Positions 14,359 to 27,360 of a stretch of DNA of 64,000 nt are shown here, one piece after another (position 1 is the first letter of the stretch; each line of letters opens with the position of its first letter). Below the pieces are notes generated by a model that searched no databases, was not told the origin of the DNA, and worked only from the letters and a program-made list of their open reading frames with translations. The stretch covers positions 8,990,001 to 9,054,000 of the forward strand of contig CP075494.1 in NCBI GenBank assembly GCA_021613535.1, read 5' to 3'. The translations under genes and the position numbers were made by a program. The stretch is from Adineta vaga. Its lineage: Eukaryota; Animalia; Rotifera.

Positions 14359-16066
14359 TTATTTGTGACAAATATAATTTTCATAATCGAAAGTTTTCAT
14401 TAATAATATATATATCCATGTAAAATCTGGCCATATAGTGCTATTATTACCTTTAGCATCTTGATACCATGAATGACAACCACCACTTAGCCAAACTGTT
14501 TTCTTTGATTTCAATTGTACAGTCTGATTAAAATTATCATGAGCTTCACGATTGACTTCCAATGACTTCAGGTTGTATTTATCCATATAGAGAAATGCTT
14601 CGGCAATATAGTTTATTTGGGACTCAATCATGATCACTACTGAAGTGTGACCTAAACCAGTGTTTGGCCCGAGAAGAATATAAAGATTTGGAAAATTGGG
14701 TACAGTGGCACCACGATATGCCTAAAAGAAGAAGGAATTATATCAGATGTTTTCCTATTGAAATCAAATTTACTTGTAGTGTCTCTGACCATTGTTCCGT
14801 TAAAGAACATCCGTTGACACCATAGACGGGTAACGGAAAAGTTTGAACTTGAAATCCTGTTGACCAAATGATAATATCAACGGGATATTCGTCACCATCA
14901 TGTGTAACAATCGAATGTGCTTTGATTTCACGAATACGATTGGTAACAAGTTTCACATTTGTTTTCTGAAGTGTAGAATACCACTCATTTGTTAACAACA
15001 TGCGCTTACATCCAAATTCCCATGTTGGCGTTACTTTTTTCCTTAATTCTGGATCTTTAACTTCTCGCGTTAGATTATACTTAGCTAGTAGTTGATTGAT
15101 CACTCGAAGTGGCCATCGATAAACAAATGATAATGCTATAGATTCTGCTCCCCAATAAATCATCACACGAATCAGTTTTTGAATGATTGGAAAACGTTTT
15201 AATACATTCTTTTCCCAATCTGTTATACGTCGATCCAAACGAGGAATAACCCATGGTGGTGTTCGTTGAAAAACAAGTAATTGTGACACACCCATTTTTT
15301 GTATCTCAGGTACAGCCTGTATAGCACTAGCTCCCGTACCAATAACAGCAACACGTTTGTTTACAAAATCAAAACTTTTATTCCATTTCGCTGTATGACA
15401 CATTTCACCTTCAAACTTATCTATTCCTTTAATATCCTTCGGATAAGCTTCATTCGACAACGGACCACTACCAAGAATAACTGATCGACTATAAAACACT
15501 TTTTCTCCACTGTTTGATTCAGTTGTTACTTGCCATAGTTGTCGATCTTCGATCCATTTCAACTGAGTGACTGTTCTATTGAAATGAATGTGTCGACGAA
15601 CATGATATTTGTCGGCACAATGTTCGAGATAATCTTGAATTTCAGGTTGACGACCGAAATAATATGACCAATTTGGATTGGGTTCGAATGAGAATGAATA
15701 AAGATTCGATGGTACATCACAAGCACAACCTGGATATTGATTTGCATACCATGTTCCGCCAAGATGTGCATTTCGTTCGATGAGAATATAATTGTCCATA
15801 CCAAGTTGATTCAACTTGATGGCCGTACCGAGACCCGAAAATCCAGTACCAATAATAATGACATAATATTCATCATCTCGCTGATTATTTGTCCATTTAA
15901 GTTTTCGTTTCGCTCTTTTTGTACTTCGACCAAATGAATCAAAGAAGAGCCAGTAGAAAAAATGTCCAATTAGACCAATAATTATTGAAATCACTACTGT
16001 TGTAATTGAACACAGTATTAAAGGTAACACGTATATAATAAATCGAAATTTTTCGTTCATCTGCAT
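14359..16066 (-). CDS. Baeyer-Villiger / flavin-containing monooxygenase, paralogue 1; intron 14722-14773
   Basis: GTGFSG (FAD binding), GGTWYANQYPGCACD, FEGEMCHTAKW (FxGxxxHxxxW BVMO fingerprint), GTGASAIQ (NADPH binding), GCKR, STGF, PNLYILLGPN and GGCHSWY. Confidence 0.93.
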
Positions 16067-16861
16067 AATAGAAAACTACAGAATACTATTCATTTATTCT
16101 AAGGAGAGGGACAAGATATAAGTACAAGTTTTCGTTATCAACCGACTACCGTTCTTTTATCTGTAGTTTATGAAACTTGTTTTTTCATTATGGTGACAAG
16201 AATAAGAATAATGATAAACAAATTTTCATTTATCACAAGTACTTCTCCCAATATAGTTGACGTGTGACTTTATCAAATTTAAAACATCAAACGAGTTCGG
16301 ACTTTTTCTTAAGAGTACGAGTAATTCTATAACTTTGTTTTTCTTCTTGGTGTCAATGAAATTTTGCACCTAGCGTTCGTGCACATGGAAACCATAAATA
16401 GAAGACCTAACTGCTTGACTGAGTCATCACTGTCGCCGTAATCTTGATACCGAAATTTTTTTCATTCTACATGAATTCATTATGTACGATAATTAATTAC
16501 ATATAATTCTCAATCAGTCATAGATTTTCAAATCTATTCCGGTTCGAGAATCTTGGAAATATTCACTTTTTTATTGATAAATAAAACTGAGATATATTTC
16601 AACATCTTACTTCAGAGGATCAACGCACCATATCGTCTCGTTTTTTTTCGGGACCGAAAGTGAGAACAAATGAGATATTGATTTTTGAAATATGAGGAAA
16701 GATTTTTAAATTATCCTTCATCTACTTTTTTTCTTGCGATGACTATTTAGTGACGAATTAATCATAAAATAAAAAAATAACTGTCAAAATACAACACAAA
16801 ACAAAGACAAAAATCATAAAAATCACAAAAGATAATTCCTTTGTAAATCAATCTTGCTGCT

Positions 16862-18579
16862 CTATTGATGTTCTTTTTGAATGATATAATTTTCATAATC
16901 AAAATTTCGAAGTAATGAACGGTAAATCCATGTAAAATCGGGCCATATTGTTGTAACATCTCCATTAGCATTTTGATACCATGATTGACAACCTCCTGAG
17001 CGCCATACTGTCTGCTTTAGTTTTGATTGTAACCATTGATTATATTTATCATACGCACTTTGTTTGACGGAAACCGATCGGACGTTATTTTCATTCATAT
17101 AAATGAAAATTTCCTTCAAATATTTCAATTGAGCTTCGAGCATAATTATAACTGAAGAGTGGCCAAGACGAGAATTGGGTCCAAGGAGAAGAAATAAATT
17201 AGGATAGTTCGGTATAGTAACACCACGATATGCCTAAAAAATTGAGAAAAAAATCATTCAGATTTGTTCATATTGAATAAAATTACCTTCATAGTCTCTG
17301 ACCATTCTTCATCTAATGAACATTTATTTATTCCATAAATAGGAATACCAAATTTCTGCGTTTCGAATCCTGTCGACCAAATGATAATATCAACTGGATA
17401 TTCATCACCATCATGTGTAACAATCGAATGTGCTTTGATTTCACGAATACGATTGGTAATGAGTTTTACATTTGGTTTTTGTAATGCTGGATACCAATCA
17501 CTAGTAACTAGAACACGTTTACAACCTAATGTCCATGTTGGTGTTACTTTGTTTCTTAGTTCTAGATCTTTGACCTCTCCATTCAAATTATGTTGAACTA
17601 ATTGTTGAATCATATAATGTATTGGCCAACGATATACAAACGAAAGAATATATGATTCACGTGACCAATAAATACATCGTCGAATCAATTTTTGAAGTAT
17701 AGGAAAGTATGCAAAAAGTCGTTTTTCGAAATTAGTAACACGACGATCTATTCGTGGTACAACCCATGGCGGTGTTCGTTGAAAAACAAGTAATTGTGAT
17801 ACATTCATCTGTTGAATTTCGGGAACTACTTGAATTGCACTAGCTCCTGTGCCAATAACAGCAACACGTTTGTTTACAAAATCAAAACTTTTATTCCATT
17901 TCGCTGTATGACACATTTCACCTTCAAATTTATCTATTCCTTTAATATCTGTTGGATAGGCTGCACTCGACAATGGACCAGTACCAAGAATAACTGATCG
18001 ACTATAAAACACTTTCTCTTCATTATTTGATCCAGTAGTTACTTCCCATAGTTGTCGATCTTCGAGCCACTTCAATTGAGTAACTGTTGTATTGAAATGA
18101 ATGTGTTGACGAACATGATATTTGTCTGCACAATGATTTAGATATTCGTAGATTTCTGGTTGACGACCGAAATAGTATGACCAATTTGGGTTAGGTTCGA
18201 AGGAGAAGGAATAAAGATTCGATGGTACATCACAAGCACAACCTGGATATTGATTTGCATACCAAGTTCCTCCAAGATGTGCACTTCGTTCAAGGAGAAT
18301 ATAATTCTGCATACCGATCTGATTCAATTTAATAGCCGCACCAAGGCCTGAAAAACCTGTACCAACAATGATAACATTGTATTCATTATTTTCTTGATTA
18401 TTTTGCCATATAAGTTTTCGTCTTGTCCGCTTTTCATGTCGACCAAAAGAGTCAAATAGAAGCCAGTATACACTCTGACTTATTAAGCCAATTAGTATCA
18501 ATACGATCGATACGAAATAGCTACATATCAAATAAAATAATAAACGAATTGCAGATGGTGATTTCGATGACAATGTCAT
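16862..18579 (-). CDS. Baeyer-Villiger / flavin-containing monooxygenase, paralogue 2; intron 17234-17286
   Basis: Same motif set as paralogue 1, with the intron at the equivalent position (before AYRG). Confidence 0.93.
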
Positions 18580-19654
18580 TTGTATAGGACAACACGAGTG
18601 TGTGCTTTCCTTGAGATAAGTTATATCTATAAAACAAAATGTATGTCGATGTTTTTTTTTTCGTTCTTTCGTCGGAGATTTCTTTTTCGGTCATGCTGAT
18701 TGTTGTCTAAATAGAAAATATTCATTTTTATCTCTAATGTTTGCTCATAAATACGAATAAATGTCCTTATTTGTTATAATTCGGTGACATAGTTTCTCTC
18801 TTTCCCCTACAGAATTTGAATGCTTTCGATTGTGAATAGGGCACTTAGAAAAGAAATGTATTCCTACAGAACACTAAATATGCTAGTGGCGTTAGTTTAC
18901 AGAATGATCTAACATACAATAACATGATCATCAGAGAAAAGTAGGTGAATGTTCACAATTGATTGCACAATATGTATATGATGCCAACACAGCAGTCAAA
19001 GCCATTAACTCGTAATACGCTGTAAAGCAAAACAAGTTCAAATAAATAAGCTTATTCTAATTGACTTGTTAAGAAATATATTCTGTTCATATAGATCGAT
19101 TATTGAATTGTATACATATCTTTGACATTAGCAAGTATGTACTGGATGTGTATTCATTTACTCTGCATGTGATCTACTCTTATTTTAAATCTATTCTGCT
19201 GAATTTGCACAGATGAAACCATTTGATTTAGAAATGAACATCACCTGTTGTGAACAAATTTAGTATCAGCACACGTCATGGGACGTATAAGTGCACTTCT
19301 ATATCTTAGTTGTGTTTCAAACGACATTATCGAAAGGTTAATGAACATCGCACAGTCGTACAATTGAATTTTCACAAGTCAAATATTTAAGATTTGTAAT
19401 CTATTCAAGCAGATTGAAATATTCTGACTTTGAACTTCACTGTTGGTGGTATTCTTCTTTTATGATCAATATAATGTCTAGACAATCATCAAAAAGCAAG
19501 AAAAGAAATCTCCGTGTGAGAAAAGCAATCAGATGATTTAATCTTTTGTCTTTTATCTTGTAATGCTCTCAGCATGAGACAAATCGTGTGAAGATAATTA
19601 TATTTTTTAATTCTAACACCGGGGTCAATAAAAAAACAAACACAAATATCAATT

Positions 19655-20320
19655 CTATACAATAGGTTCATTAAAAGCGAATGAAAGTTTTTTATCGTGC
19701 AGAATGGGTTGAATTGAATGATGAGTTGTTCGATATTTTAATAGATTTATTATCAAACTAATTAATGTTAATGAATGCAATAAAATGATAATTAAGACGA
19801 GATAGAATGAATAAGATATTTGTATTAATTGTATGTAATCTTTCGTTGTTTCCCAAACGAAATAGATCATTAACGATAAACATAGATACGTAAGAATGGT
19901 AAATATAAGTAGTGATAAAAGTGATGAGAATGATATTGAAGACGAATAACGACGAACAAGAATAATAAACCATAAAATACCACTGATATCAGCTAATAAA
20001 ACTGAAGTCAAAGAGAGAATTTGTAGAAGAAACAGAACGCGTCCTATAAAAAAAGAAGATCTATTGATTTTTGATTCATTCACAATGCTTTTGTTTATAT
20101 TCGTACCTTCGGATGTTTCAATTTGTGGTTCAACAAGCAGCCATGCCGATGATGTAGATCGAGCTCTCCATAGACCAACTTGAAGTGTTTCGGATGACCA
20201 CCAATAGGGTAATAACATAGCAATAGTTGTTAATAAAGTTGACAATGGAACAGTTATCAAATACATGTTTTGAAGAATAAACACCATGTTTGTATTTCTT
20301 CTTGCAAATGAATGGTTCAT
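19655..20320 (-). CDS. Claudin/PMP-22/EMP-like four-TM protein; likely 63-nt in-frame intron at 20044-20106
   Basis: TM1 is followed by PYWW...VGLW (W-GLW signature), then three more hydrophobic helices. Confidence 0.7.
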   Translation of the reverse strand: MNHSFARRNTNMVFILQNMYLITVPLSTLLTTIAMLLPYWWSSETLQVGLWRARSTSSAWLLVEPQIETSEGTNINKSIVNESKINRSSFFIGRVLFLLQILSLTSVLLADISGILWFIILVRRYSSSISFSSLLSLLIFTILTYLCLSLMIYFVWETTKDYIQLIQISYSFYLVLIIILLHSLTLISLIINLLKYRTTHHSIQPILHDKKLSFAFNEPIV

Positions 20321-20912
20321 TCGTTTCTGTTCTCTATTTATATATACGTGTCTCTTTCTCTCCTTCGTTCTCTCTCACGATATCAAGTAGCTTAAACACA
20401 CACACACATACTGTGTGAATATCAATTGACAATTCTTTCTCTTTCTCTCTCTCTCTTCGTGGGAAAAGCATCGAACCAATGTGAATATGTCAATATGTGT
20501 GAATGACATTCAAGCACTTTGCTATGGATATTTACACACGTATTGAAACATAGATGAATTGCTATGAAAGATGAGAAGATAGTCTTTATTAACAAATGAT
20601 CTATGATTGCTACCGGAAAGGTTTTTTTTATGCATATCAAACAGAGACCTGAATGAGGATTGGTTCCATATTACTATTTAATCATTTTTAAAAACACGAA
20701 GTGATGCAGCAGGACTGACCTCGATCAACTTTCGATCAGTCCTAACAATTTTTTTTGTAAAAAAGTGGTTCTTGATGATAATAGTTTGCTGCAATCTGAT
20801 TGACTTAGACAAACAAACTTTGAGAAAATTTATGAAGTCTATAACGCTTTCTTTCAGAAAAGGGAAAAAAATCAATACTGAATAAGTGTTAGATAGGATA
20901 TTCATTGAATAT

Positions 20913-23900
20913 TTACATTTCATATGACTTTTTGGATGAACACATTTGAAAATACTGTTTATTTTTAATTCTTGGTAATCTCTCGTCTTTAATACGGTTT
21001 TCTGACTTTTTCTCTTTGAAATTTGTCGTAAAGTATTCGGAGAAAATATTATTTTGCACTTCATCAGAATTGAATATCATGTTGGGAATTTCATTTGTTG
21101 ATGGTGCTAATGGTAATAAGGAATAAATAATTGCCTAAAATAATGAAATATCAAGAGTATTAGGTTGAGAATGAAATAATATCTAACTTTTCCACCATAA
21201 ATTTTAATTTGTTTCATGTTTGATCTTGGTCTATGTTGCATGTATTGTCGAACGAAACGACCAAGAACAGGCATAGTAATACCAAAGTTATCTCGTTGCA
21301 TTTTCAGCATTGATTCAACAGATCGTTTTTTCATAATTGGAATACTGTCGATTCGATCTAAACCGATCAGTTGTCGTATGCGATCACGACGTCGCATCCA
21401 TTCTTTACTAATAATAGTATCCTGTTTGAGTGGAAGTGATGTGACTGAATCTACGTGTTCATTAGGTAAGTTTGATGATTCTTGATTGATAGCAGACACT
21501 TTTTCAATATCAGAATTTTTATTGTGATCTGAATGTTTACATTCGTTTTCGAGGAAAAAAGAAGGAATTAACTTACAAAAGTATTGAAATATGGGCAATG
21601 AAGTCCATGCAACAATTGTATGTTTTAACAATTTCCATCGTTTTCCAATATCACCACGAAGTATTTCAAGCGTTGTCGCTGAACCTTTTCGACGTATATC
21701 TTCCGGAATTCGTTTTGGTAAACTAAACGATTGTTTTAAATAATCATTCGAAGACACAAATGAACATACTCCTTTAAGATAATCGTTGCACTCAATGGTC
21801 CCCAAGGCACTGATTGACCTGTAAAACCAATATATCTACCAGTAAGAGTAAATAATCGTATTGTACAATCAATGGAACTAGTGATAACAATTTCACGATC
21901 GTTTGCATAACATATCGATGTAACAGGTCGAAGATGTGCACGATAAGCAACTAATAACTGAGGATATATAACTAAATTCAATAAAAATGCAGCACGATCT
22001 TGATCAACAGCTATTCGTGGTGTTCCTAAATGATCACGCAGATTTTGTTCCGCTTGATTCTTCATTTCTTGAATATCTATTTAAATTATGATAATTCTCT
22101 CATTATATCGAGTTATTTAATTTATCACAAACTTGCTGTTGTTGAATGTAAACTTGACGAAAATTTCGTTAATATTCGACTTTTTTCTTCCATCACTTTC
22201 GACTGTTTTTCTTTCGAATCCGCTGGTTTACAAGCATAATCACCAATAAACCACACGGCAACGTAGCCAGCTGTATCAGCTAGTAGACATAGACTTTAGA
22301 AAATCACCAACAAGTTCATTCACTACTTACATGTAAATAAAAGATTACATTTCTCATCAATACACATCGCTAAGACGTGTTCTGCAAAGAAAAAAGATTG
22401 ATGGAAAAATAATTTTCAGAAATTAAACCTTGCGCTTTCCTTGCTCCATTAAAAACAGCGATCAAACTGCCAATAATATGAATAGACCAACACCAAATCC
22501 ATCCCATACTACCTGCTGTAATCAGAGTTGCTGTGAGAGGATTGATTTCTCGTGTATGAAGAAAAATTAATTGATCTAGATGATAATCAGAAGAGATGGT
22601 TGATTGATGAGATTGATGGTAAGTATTTGTTTTCCTAAGAAATTGTAAAATATAAAAAGAAAATAGAACAAAAAGAAACGAACAAAAAACTTTCAATAGA
22701 TGTTTCATAATTTGTTCGAAGACGAGTAAGTAATGATTGACGAATTCTAAACAGTGAAATATTTTCATCATTTGGTTATTCTATCAATATGAACTAACCG
22801 TTCGGTATTATCAGCATGACGTTTTTTCAATTTCCTCATTCGTTGACGTGAGAAATATTTTGGAAATACCGCTTGAATTGCACCTTTCGTCTAGATTAAT
22901 TAACACAAAATCAAAATGAAAGTATCTTTTTATGCAAAATTACTGTCTGTTTATATAACCAGGAAAGTGATATTAGTTTTGGTTTGATATCTTCCGATGA
23001 ATTTAATTTCATAAATGGCATACCTGTTTCAATTGTCCAAAGTATAATATCACCATCATAACTAGCTGCATATTCAGATAAAGAGAACAAGTAGACGGAA
23101 AAGACAGTTATTACCTGTAGCAAGAATGTTCATAACCATACTCATCGATAGAATATCGTCGGTATGTAATGAACGAAATTCATCCACTATTGAAATTTAA
23201 AAATAACGTCGCAGTCGAAGATTATAAACAAACCTTGTCGAATAACAACAGATTTTCCTAAATGAAATACTCGTATACGTCTTGACCATCCAGCAACAAA
23301 TAATCGTTCATTTTCATGTAATAATGCTGTAATTTCTTTGGCATGTATTCCATTCGAATTGATTCGGTAAAGATTATGACCATTATTAAAATTCCATAAT
23401 GCTAATGAACCATCATGTGCACCTGTTATCAAACGACGTTTTGCTTCGTCAAAACACATCGCTGTTATTTCTATTGCATGTTCATTATATTCATCAAATT
23501 GTGTTACATGTGCATTTAAAATATGCATGATCTTTTCACCAGTTATCATATTCCATATATTTATAGTTGAACTTTCATCAGCTGAGATAATAACATCAAA
23601 TAATGGATTATATAAAATTTGTGTTATTGCATATAGATGTGATTTTCGTTCATTGTAAGTATAAGATTCATTGGTATGTGATAATGAGAGAAGTTTTTTA
23701 TTTCCAATAATTAAATTTTGTTGAGTTGGATTTAAATAATATATCGTTAAATCTTGACTTGGCAGATCGAGTATTGTATGTGATATACGTTGAATCATTT
23801 TTAATGTTTGAATATCCCAAATGATGATATCTATTTGAATTTCGAGATATTTTATTTCTGTTTAAAATCTGCCTTACTTTTTCCTTTATCAATACTAATG

Positions 23901-25777
23901 ACATGTGCTTCACGATTATCAACAACTAAATGTGTAACAGAAGAATTATGTCCACGTAATATTGCTGCAGCTCTTTCTGTCACAAATGGATCCCAAAAAC
24001 GAATAATACCATCACTACCACCAGTGACTATTGAACGATATGCCTTTATAATCGAACAAAAAAGAAAAAGAAAGCAATATAACTCTGTATAGCAACAATG
24101 AATGACACTTACCGTACAGTAATCGAATACGCCAAAACCTTTCTTTACTGTTGCATATTTTTCCGTTTTCTTATATAAATCTCCAATATATAAACTATTC
24201 TTTGACGTCAATGTACATGATACAAATAGATCAAGATCAGAAATCCACTTTACTTGAACAATCCAATCATCATGTAAATTACAAAAACTTCTCACTGACA
24301 CAGTTGAATATTCATCATTTACAATATGTGGAAATGAGTAGGATCGTATTGATCCTGTTTGCATTTGATGCGTTGTATCAGATATATGAAACATTGGTCT
24401 ATGTGGATCTTTTGCTTGAAAAATAAATAAATTTCCTAACGAATCTCCACAGAAAATAGCTGATTGAAAACTATCTTTAATATTCATTCGATATGAAATT
24501 GTTGTCAAACTAGCTGGAAAATAATTGATAAGAATTGAACCAGTGTAAAGATGTGAATTGATATCATAGAAAATTAGATCACGTTCTGTAGTAGCAATAA
24601 CAAAAGAATTCATATCGGGTAGAACACACATACATGTAATCCATAATGGTAAACTTCTATTTTATATAAAGAAAAGTATGATAAAACTTTTTTTTAATGA
24701 AACTTTACTGTTTTTTTTGTTCATTTGATTGAATATTTGATTCTCGGATAAGTTTCAATGACATAGACCAATGTGAAACAATACCATTTCGTGTTATTGA
24801 TATGTATCGTCCATATGTATAATCAATTTGATCAAGAATAACACCAGCTCGTGATATTCCCGGAAAGAATTGAAACTATTTTTATAGAAAACGAAAAGAA
24901 TCTGTTACATGAAAAATGTAAAGGATAGAAAGATTTTCACATCAATATAAATATCAAGTGAAAGATTCTTTAATGTAAATTCTTTTGGATTCGTTGGATA
25001 AGGTATTGGTTTTGACATATCATACATAATTTCTCTTTCTTGATGTTCAAATAAAATATAGGTTAAATATTCCGAAAGATCAACTTCACCATCACAATTG
25101 GTATCTATTCAATAATCATATTTCGAGAATTTTGTCAAGTAAAATTATCATATCATCTACCTATCTAATTAGATGAAGAGAAAAGAATTGAATTCGTCTA
25201 TTTTTCTTTTGTAGTATTATAATAATCCTACTTTCATAAAAATAATTTGTGCTTCACGATCAGTCATATCCGAATATGTTTGTCGCATAAATGCTGTAAA
25301 TTCACTAACATCCAAATAACCCGTATTATCAGTATCAGCTTCTGTAAAAGATTTGCGAACTTTTTCAACAAATTCAAATGTTACCCTAAAAGAAGATTTT
25401 AGTTAAAATATTACTATTCAAATGCTACAGTGAATTCGAAACTAATATGAATACATATACGTACATATCTTCAATTGTTCTTTCAACGGATGTTCCTGTC
25501 GTTAATGATAGAGGTGCAAATATAGTTTTTTCTTTATTAGTTGTATCAGTTAAACGATCGCTGATCGGAGCATGCTAGAAACATAAATCTGTTTATCGTA
25601 AATAGACGAAAGATTATAAGAAACTTTGTTTGTTTCATTTTTTAAATATGTAAGATATTCATCAACAGCTTGTATTAATCTTTGATTGGGTAATCGAACA
25701 CCAATTTGAGCATTACGTAATATTTGTAAAGCTTTATAAGGTTTGTTCACCCGTGAGATCGGATCGGTAGTCATCAT
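20913..25777 (-). CDS. EF-hand plus WD40 protein, WDR49/EFCAB8/WDY-like; multi-exon
   Basis: EF-hand loops DTDNTGYLDVSEF and DTNCDGEVDLSEY. WD repeats: IVTGGSDGIIRFWDPF, ITAMCFDEAKRRLITGAHDGSLALWNFNNG, AYRAHLRPVTSICY..TSSIDCTIRLFT. C-terminal PEDIRRKGSATTL. The last exon ends ...KSYEM* at 20913. Confidence 0.85.
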
Positions 25778-26195
25778 ATTTATGTATTTTCAGCGCCAAA
25801 TTGTCAAGTGAAATTAAAATGTATTTCTATAGAAAGTCATCATATAATATGATTTGTTTGGGTAATATTTAAACTATTCTTCCCAATTGTTTGATGGATT
25901 TCATATGTCACTTTCTTTATTAGATGAATGATAAATTCTATCATGAATATGTCATCAGACACACCTTTCTATCACATTGTACGATCATCCCTCTATCATT
26001 TACTTTCTTCCTATTGGTTATTCTATGTTCGTCCAATACAATACTTCTGTATGCACATGTCATTCTTTGTTCTTCTTTAGAAGAAGAAATATTCGTTTAT
26101 ATTATTATCGAGATTAAAATAATTTATGAAAGTTTTACAATTATTCGAGTTCATTGTATAGATTATCTCTCTTACATATTTTTAGATTGTAAAAT

Positions 26196-26873
26196 ATGGC
26201 TGATGATGTTGGTGAACGTTTTGAAATAGAACGTATTGTTGACAAACGTTATCGAAATGATCGATTAGAATATCTAATAAAATGGCGAGGCTATCCAGAC
26301 AGTCAAAATACATGGGAACCTTGTAATTAACTTTTTTTCTCTACGTATTATCAAAATCTATCTGAATTGTTTTCATCTGTTTGATTAGCAAATAACATCG
26401 AAGGTGAACAAGAATCTGAATTGCTTGCTGAATATGAAGCGTTTAATAAACAACAACAAAAATCACTTAATTCTGGACAACGATCAGCACTCAACAATAA
26501 TTTATCACCCAGTAAACGTAGACCTGTAAGTAAATGATTAATTTTATTTATTGAAGAAAATGTGTCTTCCAATTTTTGTTTCTAGGAAGAAACAATGAGT
26601 AGTGGAATGAAAAAACGACCAGGTTTTCAATCAACAAATACTCCGAGTGGTTTTGATCGAGGTTTTGAAGCTGAAAAAGTCTTAGGTGCAACGGATTCAG
26701 CTGGTGAACTTATGTTATTAGTTAAATGGCGTCATTCGGATGAAGCTGATCTTGTTCCAGCACGAATCGTTAATATGAAATGTCCAAATCTTGTCATTGA
26801 ATTCTATGAACAACATTCATTTTGGGTACGATTACCAAAATTAAATCAAACTGATGGATCTACTACACGATAA
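26196..26873 (+). CDS. Heterochromatin protein 1 (HP1/CBX1/3/5 family); three coding exons
   Basis: Chromodomain [28 protein letters not shown] with the aromatic cage F/W/Y intact. Chromoshadow domain [37 protein letters not shown]. Confidence 0.93.
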
Positions 26874-27360
26874 ATTTTCATCTGTCATTCTTGTTGTTTT
26901 TCCTTCTCTTTATGTTTGTACATTTCATCTTCTGTGTTTGATCAAAAGGAAAAAAGTCAATGATATGATTTAAAGATGTAGAAACTCATATCTTGTTTTC
27001 TCATTGTTATTTGTACGCGAAATGACTCCTATAAGATAACATTTTCATTCCTACAACACAAGATATACATTACACATATCTCTGTAAAATAATCTTTATG
27101 ATGTAATAAGACGAAAAGCTCTTTCAAATAATATTCTTTTTTCTCCACCAGTCACACGTTCTTTCGAGAACAAGGTCATACATTTGATTCGATTTTATGT
27201 CACTATTCGGTAGTTCTTTTTTTCGATTCTATATGATTTATTCCTTCTCTTTTTTGTTTCGAAAAGAGAGAAAACGAATGAAATATGCTTTCAACCTTTC
27301 GTTGACTGATCGAACAAACGAACGTATATTTAATAATACATCGATTTTAATAAACACGAA

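Noticed and set aside
16414-16430. TGACTGAGTCA AP-1/ARE-like motif upstream of BVMO paralogue 1
   Set aside because: Single short motif with no matching site seen upstream of paralogue 2.
20678-21064. 128-aa minus-strand ORF
   Set aside because: Alternative frame of the last WD-gene exon and its 3' UTR; no motif.
21736-21805. Apparent frameshift between two WD-gene ORFs
   Set aside because: Resolved by a short GT-AG intron giving ..IILK-D-LPKRIP.
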